Below, one piece after another: positions 18,087 through 26,419 of a stretch of 64,000 nucleotides of DNA (its first letter is position 1; each line of letters begins with the position of its first letter). Position numbers and translations under genes: made by a program. The notes beneath the pieces were generated by a model. It did not search any database. It was not told the DNA's origin and saw only the letters and a list, made by a program, of their open reading frames with translations. Location: NCBI GenBank assembly GCA_015065455.1, contig SVQI01000001.1, positions 61,090 through 125,089 of the forward strand, given 5' to 3'. This DNA comes from Oscillospiraceae bacterium (GTDB lineage: Bacteria > Bacillota > Clostridia > Oscillospirales > CAG-272).

Positions 18087-19025
18087 ATGAGTCTAACGAA
18101 CAGAGAAAAAGTGTTGTTTATCGTTAATCCCACTTCGGGAAAAATGACGATAAAAAATGAATTTTTTAAGGTTATTAAGCTTTTTTCCGATTCAGGCTTT
18201 GAGCCGACGGTTCTGACTACCACCAAAGCCGGGGATGCAACACAGTTTGCCAAGGAATACGGGCCGAATTTTGACCGCATTATTTCGTGCGGCGGCGACG
18301 GGACTCTGAACGAAATTGTTACGGGAATTATGGAGCTTAAGCCCGAAGCCCGCCGTCCCCTAGGTTTTATTCCCGCAGGAACGACGAACGACCTCGCCGA
18401 TACTCTGAGAATTCCCAAAAATCCCATGGACGCGGCTAAAGCAATTATTGATAACCCCGCTCTGCCTAACGACGTGGGCGTTTTCAATAACACAAGATAC
18501 TTTAACTATATTGCATCTTGCGGTGCGTTCACAAGCACGTCCTACGCTACACCTCAGAACCTAAAAAATTCACTCGGACATATGGCTTACATACTTGAGG
18601 GAATAAAATCTCTTAACGAAATTAAACCCGTTTATATGAAGATTGAAAGCGAAGAGCTTAATATTGACGGAGAGTTTGTATTTGCCGGCGTTACGAATGC
18701 GCTTTCGGTTGCGGGTATATATAAGTTTGACCCAAGACACGTGGACCTCAGCGACGGAACGTTTGAAGTTATTCTTATACGTATGCCAAAAAACACTACC
18801 GATATTGTGGATATTTTTGTTCAGCTCGCAAACCTCGATAACAGTGAAAATCAAGTTATTTTCTTCCACACGAAGAACGTGACGATTACTTGTGAAGAAC
18901 CGGTTAAATGGACCGTTGATGGCGAATTTGGCGGTAAGCTTGATAAAGTTAATATAAAAAACAATCCCGGCGCTATCAATATTTTTAAACCAAAACCGCA
19001 AGAGAAAAAAGAAGAAAAAAAGTAA
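18087..19025 (+). CDS. Diacylglycerol/lipid kinase family protein (DagK/YegS-like)
   Basis: DAGK catalytic-domain signature CGGDGTLNEIV and the NPTSG N-terminus. Confidence 0.8.
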   Translation: MSLTNREKVLFIVNPTSGKMTIKNEFFKVIKLFSDSGFEPTVLTTTKAGDATQFAKEYGPNFDRIISCGGDGTLNEIVTGIMELKPEARRPLGFIPAGTTNDLADTLRIPKNPMDAAKAIIDNPALPNDVGVFNNTRYFNYIASCGAFTSTSYATPQNLKNSLGHMAYILEGIKSLNEIKPVYMKIESEELNIDGEFVFAGVTNALSVAGIYKFDPRHVDLSDGTFEVILIRMPKNTTDIVDIFVQLANLDNSENQVIFFHTKNVTITCEEPVKWTVDGEFGGKLDKVNIKNNPGAINIFKPKPQEKKEEKK

Positions 19026-19030
19026 AACAA

Positions 19031-19064
19031 GAGAGCGACACAAATTCGCTCTCTTTATTTTTTG
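19031..19064 (+). terminator. Intrinsic terminator after the lipid kinase gene
   Basis: GAGAGCGA-cacaaat-TCGCTCTC followed by TTTATTTTTT. Confidence 0.8.
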
Positions 19065-19404
19065 AGTAAGACGTGAGAATAGCCCCCTACAAATCTTAAG
19101 TTGCTAATAATTTAGACGACCTCATCCGTCGCGCCGCGTTATATAACAATATATATTTAAATATAATGGCGGCACGCCACCTTCTCCCACCGGAGAAGGC
19201 GCAAAATTAGTGCAAATTATAAGTAATAAAAAATATTTTATGAAATCATAAGACAATGATATAAAAACAAAAGACAAAGACTGTACTCTGTGCCTTCTCC
19301 AGTGGAAGAAGGTGGCACACCGCATACAGATTTTGTTTTTACAAATATAAAAAGCAGTGTGACGGATGAGTTCGTCTATCATACCAAATATTTCACTAAT
19401 TTTT

Positions 19405-19590
19405 ACCTCCATCTGACGAGGGAGGTGGCTCGGCAATAAACAGATATACAGTATAACTATTCTTTGTTGCCGAGACGGAGGGAGAGATATACGTTAATTA
19501 TCTGATTGCAATACTGTTTGTTTAAACCGTTCGTTTTTCTCTCCCTCAGTCAAAAACAAGTTTTTGACAGCTCCCTCCTCAGATGGAGCT
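19405..19590 (+). repeat. Module N, complete copy (nested hairpins, MITE-like 18-bp terminal inverted repeats)
   Basis: The outer arms are CTCCATCTGACGAGGGAG and CTCCCTCCTCAGATGGAG. They enclose three hairpins: CTCGGCAA/TTGCCGAG, GACGGAGGGAGAGA/TCTCTCCCTCAGTC and GTCAAAAAC-aa-GTTTTTGAC. Confidence 0.8.
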
Positions 19591-19708
19591 AAAAGATACA
19601 TTTTTAAAAAACCGAGGCGTCGAGGAAGGGGTTCCCCGAAACGCACGAAGTAAGTTTTGGGGGTTCTCGTGTGCGCCGTCCCCTACCAAATTAGGCAATA
19701 CCACTTTT

Positions 19709-19840
19709 GCAAACCAAGGGGGGTACCGAGGGAGGAACGCCCTCGGTCGTTTCAAGGGTTGGGTTCAAAGGGAGGGGAAATCGAAATCCCCGCCCTTTGT
19801 GCCTTCTTTGGTTACTTTCTTGGCACGCAAGAAAGTAACG
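19709..19840 (+). repeat. Module S copy 2
   Basis: Same architecture. The G-rich hairpin is AAAGGGAGGGGA-aatcgaaa-TCCCCGCCCTTT. Invariant hairpin at 19811-19839. Confidence 0.7.
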
Positions 19841-19933
19841 TAAAAAAGCAAAAGACAATATTATCTAATTAAAACGTTTGCTTTCTCTCCCTCAGTCAAC
19901 TTCGTTGACAGCGTCTACTGCGGTTCGGTCACG

Positions 19934-19981
19934 GCTCGAGAATGACAACGCGGCGGCGCAGCGAAGGATCCCGAACACGCA
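19934..19981 (-). repeat. Module K half copy (orientation b)
   Basis: GCTCGAGAATGACAACGCGGCGGCGCAGCGAAGGATCCCGAACACGCA equals the right half of the locus G copy. Confidence 0.8.
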
Positions 19982-20170
19982 ATTTAACGCGCTCTCGAAC
20001 CCTTGACAAAAGGGGCTTTTTAAAAAAAGCCCCTCTTGACTCCCCCAAAACTTTTAATAAAAATTTTTATATTATTATTTTAAAATAATATTTTAATTGC
20101 GCTTTTTGAAAAAAACTCCTTTGAAATCCGCAAAAACTTTAATAAGAATTTTAATTCTTATGCTTTGTGA

Positions 20171-20208
20171 AAACAAAAATCCCCTCTGTTTTGCTCAAAA
20201 CAGAGGGG
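20171..20208 (-). terminator. Intrinsic terminator of the SGNH hydrolase gene (hairpin usable on both strands)
   Basis: CCCCTCTGTTTT-gctc-AAAACAGAGGGG. The minus strand then reads ATTTTTGTTTT. Confidence 0.75.
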
Positions 20209-20221
20209 TATCTTTTATTTC

Positions 20222-21247
20222 TTATTTTGTGTGGGCTCTTATATAGTCTGTAAGCTTATTAACACCCGTTCTGTTAAGGTGAACGCCGTCGGGTGATTCG
20301 CTCGAATCAAGCCAGAGCGTGCCGTCCGCTTTAACAAACGCTTGTGCTGTATCTACAAAATATATTCCGCGCGACTTTGCTATATCAAGCGCCGCTTCGT
20401 TAAACTCCGCCATATGCTCGTTATTCAATCCCGAGCTTGCCTTGGAATGATCCCTTGATAACGGGAATATTGAGTACATGTATATCGCAGCATTGGGATT
20501 TGCTTCCATTATGGCGTCAATCAATACTTCGTAGTGATGCTTATAGGTTGCCGTTGCCAACCAGAACTCGTTTACACCAAGGCATATATATATCTTTCTG
20601 AATTCAGGATGTCTTGCCAACGCCTGAGGCACGGTGTATTTCTGACCGTTTTCTTCAATAAAGTTATTTGTCATCGCGGTGATAACATTAAGTCCCTGAT
20701 ATGCGTAAAACGTAGTGTTCTTTATGTCCCCGTAAAGCTGTAAGCCTTGCGTTCTTGAGTCTCCAACGAACACCGCGTCAGCAAAAAAGCTGTCGTCAAC
20801 CCTCTCCGATCTGTTAACCGGATATTCCGTTACTGTCGGTCTGCCCGTGTTTATTATTGGAGTATCTGTTATGGGCGGTTCTGTCACAGGCGCATCTGTT
20901 ACGGGTGCATCAGTTACAGGCGCGTCTGTAACCGGTGTATTCGTTGTGGGTGTATCCGTTACAGGTGTATTTGTTGTATCGGGTGTTGCCGTCGTTGTAT
21001 CAACTACCGTCGTAGTAGTATCAGTTGTCGTTGTATCATTTACTTCGGGCTGCTTTGTATCCTCGGGATTTCCCGTCGTATCTTCAGGCTTATCCTTTCC
21101 CGTTTCGTCTATCCCCGTTGTGTCCGATGGCTCATTAACCGTCGGTTCCGAACAGCCGGCTGTAAAGCAAACAGTCATCACAAGAATAACTGCAATAATT
21201 ATGTAAAAAAATGGTCTACATACATTTCTTATCTTTTCCATTTTCAC
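20222..21247 (-). CDS. Secreted SGNH/GDSL-family hydrolase with a Pro/Thr-rich linker
   Basis: Signal/lipobox-like N-terminus (...CFTAGCSEP), then a TDTPTTNTPVTDAPVTDAPVTDAP linker. SGNH block I is VFVGDSRT and block V is DGVHLN. GTG start lies after GAAGGAG. Confidence 0.7.
   Translation of the reverse strand: MKMEKIRNVCRPFFYIIIAVILVMTVCFTAGCSEPTVNEPSDTTGIDETGKDKPEDTTGNPEDTKQPEVNDTTTTDTTTTVVDTTTATPDTTNTPVTDTPTTNTPVTDAPVTDAPVTDAPVTEPPITDTPIINTGRPTVTEYPVNRSERVDDSFFADAVFVGDSRTQGLQLYGDIKNTTFYAYQGLNVITAMTNNFIEENGQKYTVPQALARHPEFRKIYICLGVNEFWLATATYKHHYEVLIDAIMEANPNAAIYMYSIFPLSRDHSKASSGLNNEHMAEFNEAALDIAKSRGIYFVDTAQAFVKADGTLWLDSSESPDGVHLNRTGVNKLTDYIRAHTK
20877..20981 (-). repeat. Imperfect tandem 15-bp repeats (about 7 units) encoding the (T/A)P(V/T)TD linker of the SGNH hydrolase
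   Basis: The + strand units are ggttctgtcacaggc / gcatctgttacgggt / gcatcagttacaggc / gcgtctgtaaccggt / gtattcgttgtgggt / gtatccgttacaggt / gtatttgttgtatcg. Confidence 0.7.
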
Positions 21248-21571
21248 TCTGACTCCTTCTAGCCTAACCTTTTAGGCCAATAATTTAGAGACCGCTAAAA
21301 CAGTCCCTTTAACTCATATTATACTCTCTTATTTAATCAAAATCAACTAATTATATCATAGGGAAAATTACAAATTCAATACATTTTAATTTATTTTTCG
21401 ACATTTGTGGATTTTTGGCACTATTGCACAATTTAACTCTTGTTATTTGATGCATATATTACAAACAAAAATTTGCTGTTTTTTCGAAAAATCACTCTGA
21501 AATTTTTTCGTTTTTGCATAACAAGGCGTTGCTTTGCATATATTGTTTTTTGTTTAATATAGGCTTTTCGG

Positions 21572-21600
21572 TTGACAAAAGCTTTTCTTTAATATACAAT
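21572..21600 (+). promoter_or_regulatory. Putative promoter for the nucleotidyltransferase-HAD pair
   Basis: TTGACA, a 17-nt spacer, then TACAAT, about 110 nt upstream of the ATG. Confidence 0.45.
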
Positions 21601-21707
21601 AATTATTATACTACAGAATTTGAAATCGGGTACTGTTTTTTTGCGGTTTGCAAATGATTTTTACCCCGACTTAACTAATATAATTTCAAATAAAGCGAGG
21701 TAATACT

Positions 21708-22640
21708 ATGGAAAATTACTACACCAAACCCGCACTTATAATTATGGCGGCAGGTATGGGAAGCCGTTTTGGCGGGTTGAAGCAGGTTACTCCCCTCGGT
21801 CCTTCAGGTGAACTTATTATCGACTACTCTATCCACGATGCTATGGAAGCAGGCTTTGAAAGAGTAGTATTTGTAATCAAACACCAGATTGAAGATGTTT
21901 TTAAAGAATTTATTGGAAACAGAATAGAAAAAATCATTCAGACAGACTATGTTTTTCAGGAATTGACTGAGCTCCCCGAGGGCTACTCCGTTCCCGAAGG
22001 CAGAGTTAAACCCTACGGCACAGCGCATGCAGTATGGTGCTGCCGTAATATCGTAAAGGGTCCCTTTGTGGTCATTAACTCCGACGACTACTATGGCAAA
22101 GACTGCTTTAAGCTCCTTTACAATTTTATTACAAAGCCCACCAACGACGGCATTAAACACTTGGCTATGGCGGGATATATCCTTGAAAACACTCTTACGG
22201 AAAACGGCTCAGTTTCAAGAGGCGTTTGCGAAATTGACGAAAACAACAAGATCATCAGCATCGAAGAACGTACAAAGATAGAAATAAGAAATGGCACACC
22301 TATGTACACGGAAGACGACGGCAAAACTTGGACAGAGCTTGACAGAAACGCTTACGTTTCAATGAACTGCTGGGGCTATCCTTCCGATATGTTCGGTCTG
22401 TTCGACAAAGAGCTCCGTATTTTCCTTGACGGACTTGACAGTAACCCCTTGAAAGGCGAATTTTACCTTCCCATCATGGCGGACAAGTTGACAAAAGAAG
22501 GCATCGCAGACATTACTGTTCTTCCCGTTTCTGACAGATGGTTCGGAGTTACGTACGCAGAGGACAAACCGATGGTTATGAAAGCCCTTAAGGATCTTGC
22601 AGATAAAGGCGTTTACGCTCAGAATCTGTGGGATAGATAA
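21708..22640 (+). CDS. Sugar-phosphate nucleotidyltransferase family protein
   Basis: N-terminal IIMAAGMGSRFGGLKQ, the G-x-G-x-R nucleotidyltransferase signature. Substrate unknown. Confidence 0.7.
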   Translation: MENYYTKPALIIMAAGMGSRFGGLKQVTPLGPSGELIIDYSIHDAMEAGFERVVFVIKHQIEDVFKEFIGNRIEKIIQTDYVFQELTELPEGYSVPEGRVKPYGTAHAVWCCRNIVKGPFVVINSDDYYGKDCFKLLYNFITKPTNDGIKHLAMAGYILENTLTENGSVSRGVCEIDENNKIISIEERTKIEIRNGTPMYTEDDGKTWTELDRNAYVSMNCWGYPSDMFGLFDKELRIFLDGLDSNPLKGEFYLPIMADKLTKEGIADITVLPVSDRWFGVTYAEDKPMVMKALKDLADKGVYAQNLWDR

Positions 22641-22732
22641 TTTTTTCAAACGATCTTCTTTAACGGAGATGCTTCCCCCAAAAAGCGTCTCCGTTGTTTA
22701 ACATTTCAGCATTTTATCAGGAGAATTAAAAA

Positions 22733-23383
22733 ATGAAATACGAAGCGGTCATTTTTGACCTTGACGGAACACTTTTGAATACGCTTGACGACCTCGCGGA
22801 CAGCCTTAATTACACCCTAAAAAAGAACGGCCTGCCCGAAAGAACGAGAGACGAGGTCAGACTGTTTGTGGGCAACGGAATAAGAAAGCTTATGGAGAGA
22901 GGAGTTCCCACAGGTACAGAGGTTGACGTTATTGACAAGGTCCATTCGGATTTTACAGAGCATTACAAAATACACTGCAACGACAAGACACGACCCTACG
23001 ACTCCGTTCTTGATATACTTGCAAAGCTAAAAAATGCAGGCGTTAAGCTTGCCGTTCTTTCAAATAAAGCCGACTATGCCGTTCAGGATCTGTGCGTAAG
23101 ATACTTTGAAGGACTTATTGACGTAGCGGCGGGGGAAATTATCGGCATACCAAAAAAGCCGTCGCCCGAGGGAGTTTACAATACTCTTGAAAAGCTTGGC
23201 GTTACAGCCGAAAAATGCGTATACATAGGCGACTCTGACGTTGACGTTCTGACGGCAAAAAATTCAAATATGGACTGTATTGCTGTTGACTGGGGTTTCA
23301 GAGACAGAGATGTTCTTGTAAATGCGGGCGCTGAAGTTATTGTATCTTCCCCCGAGAAGCTTTTTGAAGAATTAATTAAATAA
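22733..23383 (+). CDS. HAD-superfamily phosphatase (phosphoglycolate phosphatase/PpaX-like)
   Basis: HAD motif I VIFDLDGTLLNT, motif II SNK and motif III/IV GDSDVD. Confidence 0.8.
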   Translation: MKYEAVIFDLDGTLLNTLDDLADSLNYTLKKNGLPERTRDEVRLFVGNGIRKLMERGVPTGTEVDVIDKVHSDFTEHYKIHCNDKTRPYDSVLDILAKLKNAGVKLAVLSNKADYAVQDLCVRYFEGLIDVAAGEIIGIPKKPSPEGVYNTLEKLGVTAEKCVYIGDSDVDVLTAKNSNMDCIAVDWGFRDRDVLVNAGAEVIVSSPEKLFEELIK

Positions 23384-23394
23384 TTAAGCAAAAA

Positions 23395-23416
23395 GGAGCT
23401 AAAAAGCTCCTTTTTT
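23395..23416 (+). terminator. Intrinsic terminator after the HAD phosphatase gene
   Basis: GGAGCT-aaaa-AGCTCC followed by TTTTTT. Confidence 0.7.
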
Positions 23417-23424
23417 GTTGTTAA

Positions 23425-23700
23425 AAAACGGTCGGACAAACAAATCCGCCCCTACATAGTTAGGCTTTATTGTCTTACTGTGCGTGTTCTAGATCCTTCG
23501 CTGCGCCGCCACGATGTCATTCTTGAGCGAAGCGAAGAATCCCGTGGCGGCTTGCTCAAGGATGACAAACGAACACGCAATATAACACGCTCCCGCGTTT
23601 TTTAAAAGGAGTCCATACAATCAGGAGCTTCGCTCCCGAACCCATACAAAAGGAGCGCTTTTAAAAAAGCGCCCTCTTGACTCCCTCAAAACTTTAAAAA
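23425..23700 (+). repeat. Mosaic intergenic repeat, locus F2 (modules R, K, T-like, H)
   Basis: Aligns with 6958-7203 and 62596-62820. Confidence 0.9.
23481..23579 (+). repeat. Module K copy (orientation a)
   Basis: Near-identical to 7015-7113. Confidence 0.85.
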
Positions 23701-23786
23701 CCAGCATAATATGACCTGTATATCTCTTACATAGTTTTTGATTTATGCATATTATATTATATAATATATAAAAATAATAAAATATA

Positions 23787-23815
23787 TTTACATTGTTGCA
23801 AAAAAGTGGTATAAT
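23787..23815 (+). promoter_or_regulatory. Putative gdpP-rplI-dnaB promoter
   Basis: TTTACA, a 17-nt spacer, then TATAAT preceded by TGg (extended -10). Confidence 0.5.
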
Positions 23816-23889
23816 GAGTATGATTGCAGATTTTATATTCTGCGATGGGTAGATTTGATTTATGAATTTTTACGCTCGGTGAGGTAATT

Positions 23890-25920
23890 ATGCTGAAAAA
23901 ATTAAAAGAAAAACTGCATAACAAGGCGTTTATCAGAAGGTCTGTTACGGTCATTGTTGCCGTTCTCTACATCACAGGCTTTTCGCTCGTTGCCGATAAC
24001 AGCAAGGGTAACCTTTTCTCAAAAGGTGTCATAACGTCAGGATTATTCCTTTTAACACTCCTTGCCACATATTTTGCCTGGAACATAATCGAAAAGAACA
24101 TAATGAAAAAACGGGGAATTGAAATAGAACCCCTTCTCGGCAATATGACGCTTGATATTCTCCCGCGTCTCCATTCTCCCGTAACAATAAGCGATATGAA
24201 CGGCCGTATAATCTGGTTTAACAGGGCATTTACGGTAGCCGCAGGCACAAAAAGCGGATATTTTGGCAAAAACATCGACCAAATATGCAAAAACTCCCTC
24301 GATGACATCATAAACGCTGAGGATTCGGACAGCGGTCTTGAGACTATTGCATTTAACCAATTCTACAAGGTCAAGGCTTATCCCGTTCAGACATCCAACA
24401 AACACTACTGCATAACAGTATGGAACAGCCAAAAGGAGCTTAACGACGCATACAAGCAGTTAAAAGACGAAAACACCGTAGTTGCTTTTATTATGATAGA
24501 CAACCTTGACGAATTGCTTCAGCATATTCAGGAAAAATACCGCGAGGTTTCAAACGAGGTTGCAAACATACTCAACGAATGGACAGAATCGGTCAACGGC
24601 GTTTTAAAAGAATTCCAGAGAGATAAATATCTCTTTATCTTCCACGAAAAATATCTTGATGAATTTATTGCATCAAAATTCTCCATACTCGACAAGATAC
24701 GCGACGTAAGAGTAGGAAGCGGAAGTCTTCCCGTTACCATTTCCATAGGCATATCCTGCACTGGCAACACTCTTGCCGAAAAGGAAAGAGACGCGCAGAC
24801 AGCTCTCGATATGGCGCTTCAGCGTGGCGGCGACCAGGCGGTTATCAAAATCAACAATGAAATGAACTTTTACGGTGGCAGAACGCAGAGCGTTCAGAAA
24901 AAAACCAAGGTTCGTTCAAGAGTTACTGCAAACGAGCTTGTTTCGCACATGGCGTCAAGCGGAAACGTCTTGATAATGGGACACATCAACCCCGACTTTG
25001 ACTGCTTTGGCGCTTGCGTCGGTATTGCGAGAATGGCTATGTTCTGCGGTATCCCTGTAAACATCATTGTTGACACTGAAGACAAAAACATCGCCAAGTG
25101 CTTTGAAAGCTTGAAACACATGCACGAATATAAGCACATGTTTATCGGCTCACACGAAGCGCTCGACCTTATAAACCACGATACACTTCTGTGTATTTGC
25201 GACGTAAACAACCAAAAACAGTTTGCCGCGCCCGAGGTTGCGGAAAGTGTAGAAAGAGTCGTTTACATCGACCACCACAGAAAGACGGCTGAATTCAAAA
25301 TTAAACCCTTGATAACTTATATCGAGCCGTCGGCATCGTCGACCTGCGAGCTTGTTGCCGAATTCCTCGAGCAAACTCTCTCGGCGGGTATGCTTCCTCA
25401 CGAAGAGGCAAACCTCTTGCTTACGGGTATAATGCTTGACACCAACCATTTTTCAAAGAATACGGGTGTGCGCACGTACAGCGCGGGCTGTTATCTTCAG
25501 AACGAGGGCGCAAATCCTCAAATAATACGAGACTTTTTCAAATCCGACCTCGACGACCTTCGCAGAGAGGCTAAATTTGAAACAAACGTTAAGATTTACC
25601 GTAACATCTTTGCAATTACGACTAACTCTTTAAAAGAAAACGGCATATCAGACCCGTCGGACAGAATTGCGGCAGCAAAGGCGGCAGATAAGCTTTTATC
25701 GGTCGACGGAGTTATGGCTTCGTTTGCAATATGCAAGATTGAAAACACCGTGTTTATTTCTGCAAGGTCAACCGGCAAAATAAACGTACAGATGATAATA
25801 GAAAAATTAGGCGGCGGCGGTCATTTTGACGCGGCAGCAACACAGCTTAAGGATACTACCGTTAACGAAGCTCTCACTCAGCTTAAGGATGCTATTGACG
25901 AGTACGCGGACAATCTTTAA
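23890..25920 (+). CDS. gdpP: GdpP/YybT-like membrane DHH-DHHA1 phosphodiesterase (cyclic-di-AMP phosphodiesterase family)
   Basis: Two N-terminal TM helices, a degenerate PAS/GGDEF-like middle, DHH motifs (GHINPDFD, IDHHR) and DHHA1 GGGGH. Conserved position upstream of rplI-dnaB, as for B. subtilis yybT. Confidence 0.8.
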   Translation: MLKKLKEKLHNKAFIRRSVTVIVAVLYITGFSLVADNSKGNLFSKGVITSGLFLLTLLATYFAWNIIEKNIMKKRGIEIEPLLGNMTLDILPRLHSPVTISDMNGRIIWFNRAFTVAAGTKSGYFGKNIDQICKNSLDDIINAEDSDSGLETIAFNQFYKVKAYPVQTSNKHYCITVWNSQKELNDAYKQLKDENTVVAFIMIDNLDELLQHIQEKYREVSNEVANILNEWTESVNGVLKEFQRDKYLFIFHEKYLDEFIASKFSILDKIRDVRVGSGSLPVTISIGISCTGNTLAEKERDAQTALDMALQRGGDQAVIKINNEMNFYGGRTQSVQKKTKVRSRVTANELVSHMASSGNVLIMGHINPDFDCFGACVGIARMAMFCGIPVNIIVDTEDKNIAKCFESLKHMHEYKHMFIGSHEALDLINHDTLLCICDVNNQKQFAAPEVAESVERVVYIDHHRKTAEFKIKPLITYIEPSASSTCELVAEFLEQTLSAGMLPHEEANLLLTGIMLDTNHFSKNTGVRTYSAGCYLQNEGANPQIIRDFFKSDLDDLRREAKFETNVKIYRNIFAITTNSLKENGISDPSDRIAAAKAADKLLSVDGVMASFAICKIENTVFISARSTGKINVQMIIEKLGGGGHFDAAATQLKDTTVNEALTQLKDAIDEYADNL

Positions 25921-25968
25921 GAACTAATCTAAAAAACATCTCTTCAAACGACGAAAGGAGAAAAACAT

Positions 25969-26418
25969 ATGAAGGTTATACTTACACAAGACGTAAAATC
26001 ACAGGGCAAAAAAGGACAGCTTATAAACGTTTCCGACGGATATGCAAGAAACTTCCTTTTTCCCAAGGGCTTGGCTATAGAAGCTGATGCCGGCGCTATG
26101 AACGACCTCAAGAACAAGGAGTCTTCAAGACTTCACAAAATTGAGCTCGAAAAACAGGCGGCAAACGAAATTGCAAAGAAGCTTGAAGCAGTAACTGTTA
26201 AAATACAGGCAAAATCGGGTGTTGACGGCAGACTCTACGGTTCGGTTACGAGCCTCGAAATTGCAGAAACTCTCGAAAAACAGCACGGAATCAAGGTTGA
26301 CAAACGCAAAATTCAGCTTCCCGACCCTATCAGAACGTTTGGCGCTCACACGGTAAACGTTAAGCTCTATACAGAAATCACAGGCAAAATAAACGTTGTT
26401 ATTTCGGATGTAAAATAA
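25969..26418 (+). CDS. rplI: 50S ribosomal protein L9
   Basis: [36 protein letters not shown] is a classic L9 N-terminus. Confidence 0.95.
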   Translation: MKVILTQDVKSQGKKGQLINVSDGYARNFLFPKGLAIEADAGAMNDLKNKESSRLHKIELEKQAANEIAKKLEAVTVKIQAKSGVDGRLYGSVTSLEIAETLEKQHGIKVDKRKIQLPDPIRTFGAHTVNVKLYTEITGKINVVISDVK

Positions 26419-26419
26419 T

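Larger units (their letters stand above)
19072..20148 (+). repeat. Mosaic intergenic repeat, locus B, the largest (R-like unit, 262-bp palindrome, N, L, S, N-arm fragment, half K, H, H')
   Basis: A 1.1-kb non-coding spacer. Segments align with loci C, D, G and H (details in findings). Confidence 0.9.

Noticed and set aside
18807-18815. TGTGGATAT, a near DnaA box (8 of 9 matches), considered as an origin marker
   Set aside because: It is a single occurrence inside the lipid-kinase coding sequence, with no cluster of boxes and no adjacent AT-rich unwinding element.
19411-19418. CTGACGAG (also at 62390), and CTGAGGAG/CTGACGAG on the opposite arm, matching the hammerhead CUGANGA box
   Set aside because: I could not find the obligatory partner elements in the required geometry: a stem II immediately followed by GAAA, and a cleavage-site triplet closing stems I and III. 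The box is simply part of the 18-nt terminal inverted repeat of module N.
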